A stretch of DNA of 56,312 nucleotides from a virus. The notes under the pieces are model-generated. The model made no database searches and was not told the DNA's origin. It was given only the letters and a program-made list of their open reading frames with translations. Shown one piece after another: positions 1 to 7,973 of the stretch; position 1 is the first letter of the stretch; each line of letters opens with the position of its first letter. The translations under genes were made by a program, and so were the position numbers. The stretch lies in IMG/VR virus record IMGVR_UViG_3300031539_000037; one strand, written 5' to 3'.

Positions 1-127
1 TGATATATCTCGTTGTTGAATTTGTTTCTTTCATTTACTGCCACATCAAGCGAATCCCTGTAAACCAAATCTTCTATGATCATCTTGCAAGACTTCTCAA
101 TCTCGGCCTCTTTCATTAGTTTCATTT
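1..127. repeat. Terminal overlap identical to 56186-56312 (closure of a circular contig)
   Basis: Both ends were compared base by base and share an identical 127-mer. The SD+ATG at 123-140 finds its ORF body only at 56134-56310, so the junction is biologically continuous. Confidence 0.9.
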
Positions 128-145
128 CTTTTTTCCTCCTGATTT

Positions 146-877
146 TTAAAATGCTAATGATGGTTGAAAAGGTTTATCTAATTTATTATGTTTAATTAAA
201 TTCTCTTTAGCTGGCAATAATCTTAAATTACCAAGACTCCAACATCTCTTAAAATCTGTATGTTTAGGTTTAGTAAAGTTAAAAGCGGATATAGGTATGA
301 TATGATCTATATGAAGTTCGCCTTTTAAATAATCTTGCCAGGTATAACCTTCTGGCATAGTTTTATTTAACCTCTTAATTAAATCAATTAAGGCATAGCC
401 AGTAAGAATTTCCCAATGATAGCTGGCCTTGTTTCTTCTTAAAGATTTATAAATCGCATGTCCAATTTTACTATTAAGATTATATTTTAAATCAATTTTT
501 AGCTTTTGATTATACCATTTGTTTATATATTTTCTTCTTTTTTCTTTATTTTTAATAATCCATTTTTTATGTCCTTCTTTTGATTTCTTCGGATTATCAA
601 TAATCCATTGTTTTGTTTTTTCTATCAATATATCTCTATTTTCAATATAATATTGTTTCTGATATTCTTTTCTTTTTTTTATATTCTTGATATAACTTTT
701 TTTATCTGATTCTTTTTTCTTCTCTGGATTCTCTTTATAATATTGTCTTTTCTTTTTGTTTACTTCTTCCTGATTTTCAATACGATATAGTCGGGATTTT
801 TCTTTTATTTTTTCTCGGTTTTTAATATAATATTCTTTGAGCCAAGCCTTCTCAATTTCTTTATTTTTAAAGGCCAT
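146..877 (-). CDS. HNH homing endonuclease with N-terminal basic tandem repeats
   Basis: 243 aa. C-terminal HNH motif (HIDHIIPIS...NLRLLPAKEN..HN). About 7 tandem 15-aa repeats [YW][YI]xxNxE. The gene is very AT-rich. Confidence 0.75.
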   Translation of the reverse strand: MAFKNKEIEKAWLKEYYIKNREKIKEKSRLYRIENQEEVNKKKRQYYKENPEKKKESDKKSYIKNIKKRKEYQKQYYIENRDILIEKTKQWIIDNPKKSKEGHKKWIIKNKEKRRKYINKWYNQKLKIDLKYNLNSKIGHAIYKSLRRNKASYHWEILTGYALIDLIKRLNKTMPEGYTWQDYLKGELHIDHIIPISAFNFTKPKHTDFKRCWSLGNLRLLPAKENLIKHNKLDKPFQPSLAF

Positions 878-978
878 TATTTACCACCTTTTTTAATAAT
901 AAATTTTTATAATAAAATAATAATGCCAGGCGGATCTCGATAGGCTGACCCGCCCTTGGAGGTATTAAAATGAAAAAA

Positions 979-2124
979 TTAGTCTGCGGGTAAATCTTCG
1001 TCTGTAATTTCCTGATCGGTCTTGATGGCTACTAATAAGGCATCGTGGGCCTCCGGGTGATCGCAAATATGGGACTTGGCTTGAGAGGTCACCATGCCAT
1101 CAAAAAATATTTTATGCCTTACACCTATATCAATAATCTCTCCCCAAGTATTGATTTTGTATGCCCTTGCTATTGTTTCAACTTCGGCAATTTTAGCCTG
1201 CTTTGCCTCGAAAATCTTTTTGACTTCTTCGGGAGTTTTAATATTATGTTTTCCTTCCGCTATCTCTTGTTTAAGTTTGGCCTGATTTTCATTAATTCTA
1301 TTGTTTTCCTCTGTTGCCTCTTCCTGAAGTTTAGCTTGCCTTTCTGCAATTTCTTCTTCGGTAGCCTCTACAATAACCGCCCCATCTTCCTTTGAATCGT
1401 AAGTCGGGCTTTTCTCCTCCGGAGGCGCCTCAATCTCATATCTCTTGTCCTGCCCATAAAACAATTTCTTGCCATTCTGCAATTCGGAAAGCTCTTTGGC
1501 ATTAATATCAAGTTCCAACTGCAGGGTATAATGGATTTGTTTTTTCCCCTCATTATGTGTTTCCTTAGGCACCCTCTTTAGTTTAAAAGGTACAAAAGCT
1601 ATCCGGTCATCTAATAAGGCTCTGGCATAATCAATCCCACTATTGATGTCAACAATAGAATGGTAGCTTGACAGGTCGATCTGGTAGACCCCGCCAATCT
1701 TGATTCCCGGCATCATAAAAACTAAACTTGCCCTTTTTTGGCATTTACCCTCGTCTAATAATTCACAGGGGCATTTTATCTCTTCCATCTCTTTGGTATC
1801 ATCATTAAGCCTTAAAGCAGTTTCACCGTCCCCCCGGCACTTCAAGCCAGCAGAACTTCCATACCATTTATAGCATTGCGGGAATATTACCTCCGGATCA
1901 TTCATTGGGAAAGATATATTTAGTTCTGTTGGTTCGTCTCCATAGAACTTCTTAATCTCTGCCGGGCAAACGAAGTATTTAGTTTCTGAAGGATATTCCT
2001 TCCCGGTCTTTTGCGATACTTTTTTTATTCCCAGTCTAATCTTGCCTAATCTGGGCAACCTCCTAATTGCAGACAACCCGCTAATCCGGGTATATTTCTG
2101 TCTAAAAGCATTCTCACCGTTCAT
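979..2124 (-). CDS. Phage replication/recombination-module protein, family not recognised
   Basis: About 381 aa with a Cys cluster (KCRGDG..CPC..C) and an acidic coiled-coil C-terminus. The third codon (ATG at 2124) has better SD spacing than the ATG at 2130. Confidence 0.6.
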   Translation of the reverse strand: MNGENAFRQKYTRISGLSAIRRLPRLGKIRLGIKKVSQKTGKEYPSETKYFVCPAEIKKFYGDEPTELNISFPMNDPEVIFPQCYKWYGSSAGLKCRGDGETALRLNDDTKEMEEIKCPCELLDEGKCQKRASLVFMMPGIKIGGVYQIDLSSYHSIVDINSGIDYARALLDDRIAFVPFKLKRVPKETHNEGKKQIHYTLQLELDINAKELSELQNGKKLFYGQDKRYEIEAPPEEKSPTYDSKEDGAVIVEATEEEIAERQAKLQEEATEENNRINENQAKLKQEIAEGKHNIKTPEEVKKIFEAKQAKIAEVETIARAYKINTWGEIIDIGVRHKIFFDGMVTSQAKSHICDHPEAHDALLVAIKTDQEITDEDLPAD

Positions 2125-2284
2125 CACCATTTCCTCCTGATTTCTTATTTTCTTTTTGTCTTATTTTGCTCATCACGATAGCAGTAAAGTAACCTCCTAC
2201 TTCGATATCTTGTTGTCTTTGCCTCAACTCTTGAAGCCTTTGATCTACATCAGCGTAGCCATTCGCTAATTGTTTTAGTGTCAT
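2114..2284 (-). CDS. Small protein (56 aa) starting MTLKQLANGY
   Basis: ATG at 2282-2284 and stop at 2114-2116. The N-terminal decapeptide is duplicated at 3608-3637 with only synonymous differences. Confidence 0.45.
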   Translation of the reverse strand: MTLKQLANGYADVDQRLQELRQRQQDIEVGGYFTAIVMSKIRQKENKKSGGNGDER

Positions 2285-2317
2285 GGCAATTCCTCCTATT
2301 TAAAATTTTTTATTATG

Positions 2318-3568
2318 CTAGAAAGGCACATCTTCGTTTACGGTTTTCACTTCTCCATCCTCAATGTAAAAGCCAACCGTTCCGGATTCATCTACTTCTT
2401 CAGCCCATATTTGATAATTAAATTCCTTGGCCATTTGACGAACAGTTTCCTTACTACTATTGTCCATTAAGGAATAATCTGAAATCCTTAAAACCTTTAA
2501 CTTTGGATTCAAGGCCATACCTATTTTTATGCAGACCTTTAATTGTTCGGAGTATGATATTTGAGAAAATGGAGTACCGTCATAGGCGATTTCTGTTTCC
2601 GTTAGACTTAACTTTTGATCCGGGATCTTATGCCAATTCTCTTTGAGGCCATCTTCTTTTAATTTGTTTTGTTCATCTATTTCTTTGGTGTAATCATTGT
2701 ATTCATTTTTGGCAACCCTTTCCTTTTCATCTGCTATCCTATTTCTATTCCTGGCTCTTATCTGTTCATTTATTGTCTGTGAATCATTTAATCTTTCCTT
2801 TAAAGAATCAATAGGAATTGGTTTATATTCTTGTAGATATTCATCACACAAACTAACAAGTTCTTTTAAATCTTCTATATCTTTTAGTGCTTGTTCCCTA
2901 TTTTTAATTCTTTCTGCAATGTGAGCATTTCTAGTTATAGCCTCTTGCAATTCACCATTAATATCAGTTACCGATATTAATTCTTCCGGTAAATCTTCAA
3001 TGGTTACTTCTTCCCGGTTGCCGGATAATAATTTTACTTCCCGGCCTTTTTCCAATCTTTGGTCATATAAGTAGGCAATCCTTTTTTCTATTTCGGTAAT
3101 ATCAAAACCAGTCAAATCAATTAATACTTGCCTCTGTTCTCTTCCCTTCATTTGTGAAAATAACCGTGGATCAAAGCTCAGATAACCAATGAAGTCATCT
3201 AATAACTTTTGCGGAGTAGTATACATTAACCCCTTTCCGTTAGTTACCTTCAATTGGGTATGCTCATTGGATGTCCATACCCTATTTACAACAAATAACG
3301 GCTCAGGGATTTTACCCTGCTCAATTTCTTCCGCTGTTAGATCTTCACATAAGGTTACTTCACCCTCTGCTTCTTTTTCACCTTTTCTGATTGGCATAGG
3401 TGTTTGCTTTACTCCGGCTTTCCAGCATAATATATACCAAATAGAATCTAGCGCAGATGTCTTGCCAGCCCCATTCTTGCCGGATATAATCACCATGTCG
3501 TCTTTTGGTGTTATATCTATTGCCTTAATTCCTTTTATATTCCTACTTTTCAAATTGAGAATTTTCAT
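2318..3568 (-). CDS. SMC/Rad50/SbcC-like ABC ATPase (recombination)
   Basis: 416 aa. Walker A GKNGAGKTS at the N-terminus, a coiled-coil middle, then a signature-like SYSEQ and Walker B LRISDYSLMD at the C-terminus. Confidence 0.7.
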   Translation of the reverse strand: MKILNLKSRNIKGIKAIDITPKDDMVIISGKNGAGKTSALDSIWYILCWKAGVKQTPMPIRKGEKEAEGEVTLCEDLTAEEIEQGKIPEPLFVVNRVWTSNEHTQLKVTNGKGLMYTTPQKLLDDFIGYLSFDPRLFSQMKGREQRQVLIDLTGFDITEIEKRIAYLYDQRLEKGREVKLLSGNREEVTIEDLPEELISVTDINGELQEAITRNAHIAERIKNREQALKDIEDLKELVSLCDEYLQEYKPIPIDSLKERLNDSQTINEQIRARNRNRIADEKERVAKNEYNDYTKEIDEQNKLKEDGLKENWHKIPDQKLSLTETEIAYDGTPFSQISYSEQLKVCIKIGMALNPKLKVLRISDYSLMDNSSKETVRQMAKEFNYQIWAEEVDESGTVGFYIEDGEVKTVNEDVPF

Positions 3569-3583
3569 TTACCTTCCTCCTCC

Positions 3584-3637
3584 TTACTTAATATTCTTAA
3601 ATGCTTTGTAGCCATTAGCTAATTGCTTGAGGGTCAT
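3584..3637 (-). CDS. 17-codon mini-ORF MTLKQLANGYKAFKNIK
   Basis: It is ATGA-coupled to the stop of the upstream gene and ends just before the SD of the ATPase gene. It is a paralogue of the N-terminus of 2114-2284. Confidence 0.3.
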   Translation of the reverse strand: MTLKQLANGYKAFKNIK

Positions 3638-4092
3638 AGCAACTCGCCCCCCGAATTTAGCTTATAGTTGAACTTGGGCTCTTGTGTGGTAACTGTCAGG
3701 CCGGGAACGTCTTTAAGGTCTATTTCACCATTAAGGACAGCCTTTTTTAGATCCATTTTCTTTAATACTTCAATAGTATGGTAATAAGGCAGGCCTTCAT
3801 GTTTACACCACTCTATAATGTCTGAATCTAAAAACCCCCAACTATCCGGCATAGCCCGATAAGCACACCAGCCCGCAGGTGTCTCGATTTTCCGTTCACC
3901 TGATTTAGATAAGTTATCTTCAAGCGAAAGTTCTAAACTCTTAATATCCTCTGTAAGTTCCTTAATCTTTTCGTTATTATCCTTGCATAGAGTTTCGTTC
4001 TGTCTTTGCAGGATCAAGATGTCCAGTTTGCGTTTAGCGATTCCCTTCAAGTCATCTTCTACTGTCGTTTTTAATACATCAATGTTAATCAT
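3634..4092 (-). CDS. Coiled-coil protein, Gp157/Gam-like (tentative)
   Basis: 152 aa with an N-terminal coiled coil. Its position is immediately upstream of the recombination ATPase. Confidence 0.4.
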   Translation of the reverse strand: MINIDVLKTTVEDDLKGIAKRKLDILILQRQNETLCKDNNEKIKELTEDIKSLELSLEDNLSKSGERKIETPAGWCAYRAMPDSWGFLDSDIIEWCKHEGLPYYHTIEVLKKMDLKKAVLNGEIDLKDVPGLTVTTQEPKFNYKLNSGGELL

Positions 4093-4123
4093 TAGATTTC
4101 CTCCCTTACTTAATATTTATTCT

Positions 4124-4351
4124 CTACCACTTAAATCGACCGTTAAAATGCTCCCCCATAGGCCTGCCCCCTTCTATTTCTTTCTTAAACTCGTAGCCGT
4201 TGCACTCAATTATCTCGCCGTTAAGCAGTTTGAAGTATGTCTTAATTTTACTGACAGGGTTGATATTGGCACGCTGTATATAGCTGTGAACTTCATCAGG
4301 CTTAACGATCTTCCGTGTGTGGGTCGCTGTGTCAGTCATTGAGATTTTCAT
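4124..4351 (-). CDS. Hypothetical protein
   Basis: 75 aa counted from the second ATG, which has GGAGG 8 nt upstream. The ORF track start is 4366. Confidence 0.5.
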   Translation of the reverse strand: MKISMTDTATHTRKIVKPDEVHSYIQRANINPVSKIKTYFKLLNGEIIECNGYEFKKEIEGGRPMGEHFNGRFKW

Positions 4352-4384
4352 TTCCTTTACCTCCATTTAATTTATTTTTTCCAA

Positions 4385-4420
4385 TAAAAAAAGCCCTGAA
4401 AATCTCTCGATTCTCAAGGC
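4385..4420 (-). terminator. Intrinsic terminator
   Basis: On the minus strand, GCCTTGA...TCAGGGC forms a 7-bp stem (one G-U pair) followed by T7. Confidence 0.6.
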
Positions 4421-4597
4421 TTTCTGACTGACTTATTTGGTTTTCGGTGCTTGTTACTTGTTAGTCATTTAATAGCCATATGATATATTATAGGAACATA
4501 AAAAAACATAAAAATGCTAAAAGCCTTAAAAATCCCCACTTATTCGATTGTAGTCGAATTTGGAAATTTTAAATTTTTTTTCATTTCTTCCCCTTGG

Positions 4598-4798
4598 CTA
4601 ACTTGCCTTTGGATGATATTCCTTGATAACTTTCTCTATCTGCTTTAATGTATTTACCGACCGGGTAAAGTGCTTACCCTTCATCCATTTCCGGTATTGT
4701 TCAGTACTAATACCAAGCAGATAAGCCATTTGAGTAGGACTAAATTCATTTTTTTCGGCTACTTCCCTTAACATTTGAATACACATATCTCTAAGCAT
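4598..4798 (-). CDS. XRE/Cro-CI type HTH regulator, leaderless
   Basis: 66 aa with the HTH SPTQMAYLLGISTEQYRKWMKG. The ATG lies 5 nt downstream of a consensus -10 box. Confidence 0.7.
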   Translation of the reverse strand: MLRDMCIQMLREVAEKNEFSPTQMAYLLGISTEQYRKWMKGKHFTRSVNTLKQIEKVIKEYHPKAS

Positions 4799-4803
4799 GA
4801 CTA

Positions 4804-4832
4804 ATTATAAACCCATATCGGTTATTTGTCAA
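4804..4832 (-). promoter_or_regulatory. Consensus sigma70 promoter (TTGACA-17 nt-TATAAT)
   Basis: On the minus strand, TTGACA is at 4832-4827 and TATAAT at 4809-4804, with a spacer of exactly 17 nt. Confidence 0.75.
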
Positions 4833-4873
4833 GCATTTTATTAAATTATTTTCATTTTTTTTTAAGAAGTCTT

Positions 4874-5161
4874 TCAATCCCCTATATCTATTACCTTTTC
4901 ATTATGTTCGTCTGCCTTCTTATTCAGCTTTTCTATGAGTAAAATGATAGTATCCTTCTGCTGGTTAATAAAATTGACAATATTTTCGTATGCCGTCCCT
5001 CTATCTAATGCTATGCTCTCTTGAATAATATATCCCTTGCCACTTACTTTGGTTGCCGTTACCTTTATATAATTATTCATAATATTAACTTCAATACTAC
5101 AATCATGGTACTCAAATATAATATCAGATTTGACCGATATAATATTGTCGTTTTCTATCAT
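4874..5161 (-). CDS. Hypothetical protein
   Basis: 95 aa. On the coding strand, GGAGGAA is followed by a C9 tract and then the ATG. Confidence 0.55.
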   Translation of the reverse strand: MIENDNIISVKSDIIFEYHDCSIEVNIMNNYIKVTATKVSGKGYIIQESIALDRGTAYENIVNFINQQKDTIILLIEKLNKKADEHNEKVIDIGD

Positions 5162-5170
5162 GGGGGGGGG
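5162..5170. repeat. G9/C9 homopolymer between the SD and the start codon
   Basis: Nine consecutive G on the plus strand, immediately 5' of the ATG of 4874-5161, in a genome with few other G/C runs. Confidence 0.85.
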
Positions 5171-5407
5171 TTCCTCCTAAATGAAAATGGTTCTATCACA
5201 TATATACGACAGGCACTTGTGAAAATCCTTCTTTTTTGTGAAAAAAAGTGCAAATAATTGTATGGCACGCTGTAAGTGTTGGTATATAAGGGCTTTGGGA
5301 TAGCCAAAAAGCAATACCCTCTAAAACGCACCAGAATTGCCGTAGTGGCACGAATTTTTTCCGCTTACTGCAGGACGTTTTATTGGGGTATTTTGGAGAA
5401 TTACTTG

Positions 5408-5728
5408 CTACCGTTCTAATTCTTCCCATAAATAAGTACTTTTAGGCGGGAACTTTTTCTTGAATGATTTATTAACTGTTTTATGATAGCTTATTATCTG
5501 ATTATAATTAAATTCATTAAATTCAGCAATATCATGGCAACGACCACATAAAGAAATTAAATTTTTTAAACCATCATTTCCACCACTTCTTCGTGGTTTA
5601 ATATGATGGACTGTTAATGCTAATAAATTATGCCCAAAATATGTATTACACATCTGGCAGGTGAAATTATCTCTTGTAATTACATCTGCTTTTAACATTC
5701 TCCAATCTAAATATTTATTATTTAACAA
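5408..5728 (-). CDS. HNH endonuclease
   Basis: 106 aa with a TTG start. Motif CQMC...HHIKPRRSGGNDGLKNLISLCGRCH. Confidence 0.8.
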   Translation of the reverse strand: MLNNKYLDWRMLKADVITRDNFTCQMCNTYFGHNLLALTVHHIKPRRSGGNDGLKNLISLCGRCHDIAEFNEFNYNQIISYHKTVNKSFKKKFPPKSTYLWEELER

Positions 5729-5744
5729 TATATTTTATCTCCTT

Positions 5745-5778
5745 TAAAAAAAATAGCCACGTCCTTCACCGTGGCTAT
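5745..5778 (-). terminator. Strong intrinsic terminator
   Basis: Minus strand: ATAGCCACG-GTGAAGGA-CGTGGCTAT (9-bp stem) followed by T8. Two weaker hairpins lie just upstream at about 5790-5850. Confidence 0.8.
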
Positions 5779-5852
5779 CGGAGGAAAAAATGAATCCAGG
5801 AACAAGCCAATTAGGAGTTGGCTTGATAAAACCCGCCTGGCCGGGATAAGGT

Positions 5853-6212
5853 TCAATCTTTCTCTATTACCATAATCCATGCTTCCGTATCAGTTGCATT
5901 CCAAATTATTTCGACAATATAATCTAAATGTATATTACTTCTTGTTTTTAAATATCTTTTGATTTCCTCAAGCATTTGTTTCTCTAGTTTCTCGCTAAAT
6001 TCTTTCTGATCTAAATAAGATAACCAAGCCTTAATATAAAGCCTGTATTCTTCGGTCTCAAAGAAACCTTCCTCTTTAAGTCTTTTGGTTATCTTTCTTA
6101 ATAGTTTATACTTTACTAAAGCAAAGGATAACCAGAGAACTAATTTTGTCCTTGCTCTTCTTACTTCTTTTGCTGTTTCTATTCGGTAGGGGGTGGGTTT
6201 TTTGGTTTCCAA
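5853..6212 (-). CDS. Hypothetical protein
   Basis: 119-aa ORF with no recognisable motif. Confidence 0.5.
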   Translation of the reverse strand: METKKPTPYRIETAKEVRRARTKLVLWLSFALVKYKLLRKITKRLKEEGFFETEEYRLYIKAWLSYLDQKEFSEKLEKQMLEEIKRYLKTRSNIHLDYIVEIIWNATDTEAWIMVIEKD

Positions 6213-6367
6213 GATTGAATATAGGTAATTGCCTTATAGAATAATTCATTATCTATTAAAGTTCCACTGGCAATTACGGCCCCTTCTATTCTATCAAGTA
6301 ACCAATGTACTCCGGTTTGACCTAAAACGCCTAATGCCTTGATAATTATTATAATTATATTTTCCAT
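6179..6367 (-). CDS. Hypothetical small protein
   Basis: 62 aa with an SD upstream. It overlaps the next ORF by 34 nt. Confidence 0.4.
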   Translation of the reverse strand: MENIIIIIIKALGVLGQTGVHWLLDRIEGAVIASGTLIDNELFYKAITYIQSWKPKNPPPTE

Positions 6368-6384
6368 TTATATCACCTCCTTTC

Positions 6385-6483
6385 TCATTTTTTCTTTTTA
6401 AAAAAGCTACCTATTAAAATTCCAATACCTAAAATCATACATACAAATATTATTGGTATAGCATCCCAACTAAGGTTTTCCAT
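6385..6483 (-). CDS. 32-aa single-pass membrane peptide
   Basis: MENLSWDAIPIIFVCMILGIGILIGSFFKKKK, with GGAGG upstream. Confidence 0.4.
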   Translation of the reverse strand: MENLSWDAIPIIFVCMILGIGILIGSFFKKKK

Positions 6484-6542
6484 AACCAACCTCCTTTCTC
6501 GTTTTGTATTACCAGATCACTCGAAACTGACTTATTGCTAAC

Positions 6543-7097
6543 TTAATTCTTAAATGGTCTTGACTTTTTACGAATATAAACCTTTTCTATCCAACCATAA
6601 AACTCTTTGACTGTATGTTTATCTTTTGCTCTATTACAAGTAAAACAACAGGAGACAACATTGTCTATTGTATAACCTTTATTATTATCAATTCTATCGA
6701 TTCCATTATAAGTATAATCTCCATTATTATGATAAGCTTTTTGTATATTATTAGGTTTTTCTCCACAATAATAGCAATCTTGTTGTGTTATTTCTTTAAA
6801 TTGTTCTTCGGTTAAGTTATATTCAAACCCTCGTCTTTTAGCATTTCTTTTATAACAACTAATTACTTGTCTTATACTGGCGAGACCAGGGCTTATTTTC
6901 TTACCTCTATTTTCTCTAAGTAAACATCCACAGCTTTTAATGCGGCCATTTCTTAAGTTACATCCACAAATAATTTTCTCTATTCCACATTCACATTTAC
7001 ATAACCACATTGCTTTACCATAATCTTTATTAGGATAGCTTCTTTTAATAACCGTTAACCTTTCAAACTTTTGCCCAGTTAAATCTATTACTTTCAC
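6543..7097 (-). CDS. HNH endonuclease
   Basis: 184 aa with several CxC/CxxC pairs. C-terminal GIDRIDNNKGYTIDNVVSCCFTCNRAK. Confidence 0.7.
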   Translation of the reverse strand: MKVIDLTGQKFERLTVIKRSYPNKDYGKAMWLCKCECGIEKIICGCNLRNGRIKSCGCLLRENRGKKISPGLASIRQVISCYKRNAKRRGFEYNLTEEQFKEITQQDCYYCGEKPNNIQKAYHNNGDYTYNGIDRIDNNKGYTIDNVVSCCFTCNRAKDKHTVKEFYGWIEKVYIRKKSRPFKN

Positions 7098-7249
7098 TAT
7101 AATTTATATCCTTTGTTTTGATATCGTATATTCTTCGACTGTACTCGAAATTGATCACGGCTGTAGTCAATATGTGCAATTGTGGGTAAATCTATTACCT
7201 ATCGCTACACAAGTTTCACTATTTATGCCTGTTCAAGCGATTGCTGAAA

Positions 7250-7588
7250 CTACTTCTTAAACCGTTCCCGGTACATAATATTATTAATTTTAGAATAAAC
7301 TGATATATCCCTGAATTTATCTTCAACCGATTCGATTGTATTTTGCTTACCCTCGCCGATAATGTCATAGACTGCATCTATCTGCTTAGCCATCTGTACC
7401 ATACCAACTTTTAAGTTATCCGGGATATCTGGATTGAGCATTACTTTCCGGCATAATGCCCCAACACGGTTGAAATTGCCTAATGGGTCTTTTTCACTTG
7501 CATATTGATAATTCTTTTGATTATGTAGTTCTATTTCTTCTTCTGTTAATTTATAAAATTCAGGATGTCCATTATGCTTTTTTTTCAT
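7250..7588 (-). CDS. DUF1599-like nucleotide-associated protein (tentative)
   Basis: 112 aa. The pattern KNYQYA...GNF...G.....K resembles DUF1599. Called from memory only. Confidence 0.35.
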   Translation of the reverse strand: MKKKHNGHPEFYKLTEEEIELHNQKNYQYASEKDPLGNFNRVGALCRKVMLNPDIPDNLKVGMVQMAKQIDAVYDIIGEGKQNTIESVEDKFRDISVYSKINNIMYRERFKK

Positions 7589-7973
7589 TCAGAAATTCCT
7601 CCTTTAATATTTCCCATGTCTTTAACCAACCGGGGAAGCCCTGCAAATTGAGATCATCTAAATATCTGTCAGCATACACTTTGCGGGTATTCCACCAAAC
7701 AATATCCTTTACATTTTCATTAATGCACTCGAAGTATTTTAAGATATCCTTCTCCTGCATAAATTCTATAACCGATTCAAGCCATGCCGGACTCCTGCAA
7801 GTCCACAAAATCAGTCTAAAGCCGTGATTATATAACTTCTCTAAAATCTCTTTACAATCAGGCATAAGTTCGCTACCCTCATCAGTAGCCCTTTTTGTTT
7901 TCCTAATCGTGCCATCAAAATCGATCGCTAATATCGGTTTGCCTTGATAAGCCATAATTTCCTCCTTTGTCAA
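7572..7973 (-). CDS. HAD-superfamily phosphatase/nucleotidase-like
   Basis: 133 aa with motif I, ILAIDFDGTI (DxDGT). Confidence 0.55.
   Translation of the reverse strand: MTKEEIMAYQGKPILAIDFDGTIRKTKRATDEGSELMPDCKEILEKLYNHGFRLILWTCRSPAWLESVIEFMQEKDILKYFECINENVKDIVWWNTRKVYADRYLDDLNLQGFPGWLKTWEILKEEFLNEKKA

Noticed and set aside
878-978. The hairpin GGCGG...CCGCC (about 927-953) after the 381-aa gene as a terminator
   Set aside because: It has only a 5-bp stem with a 16-nt loop and no clean T-run, which is too weak to call.
5311-5332. GCGTTTTAGAGGGTATTGC on the minus strand, which resembles the start of a type II CRISPR repeat (GTTTTAGAG)
   Set aside because: It is a single occurrence. No repeat-spacer periodicity and no cas genes are present anywhere in the window.
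5196-5429. A 77-aa minus-strand ORF filling the 5162-5407 spacer
   Set aside because: It overlaps the end of the HNH gene, has no SD, and its composition is basic/Cys-rich and looks random. The region is better treated as noncoding.
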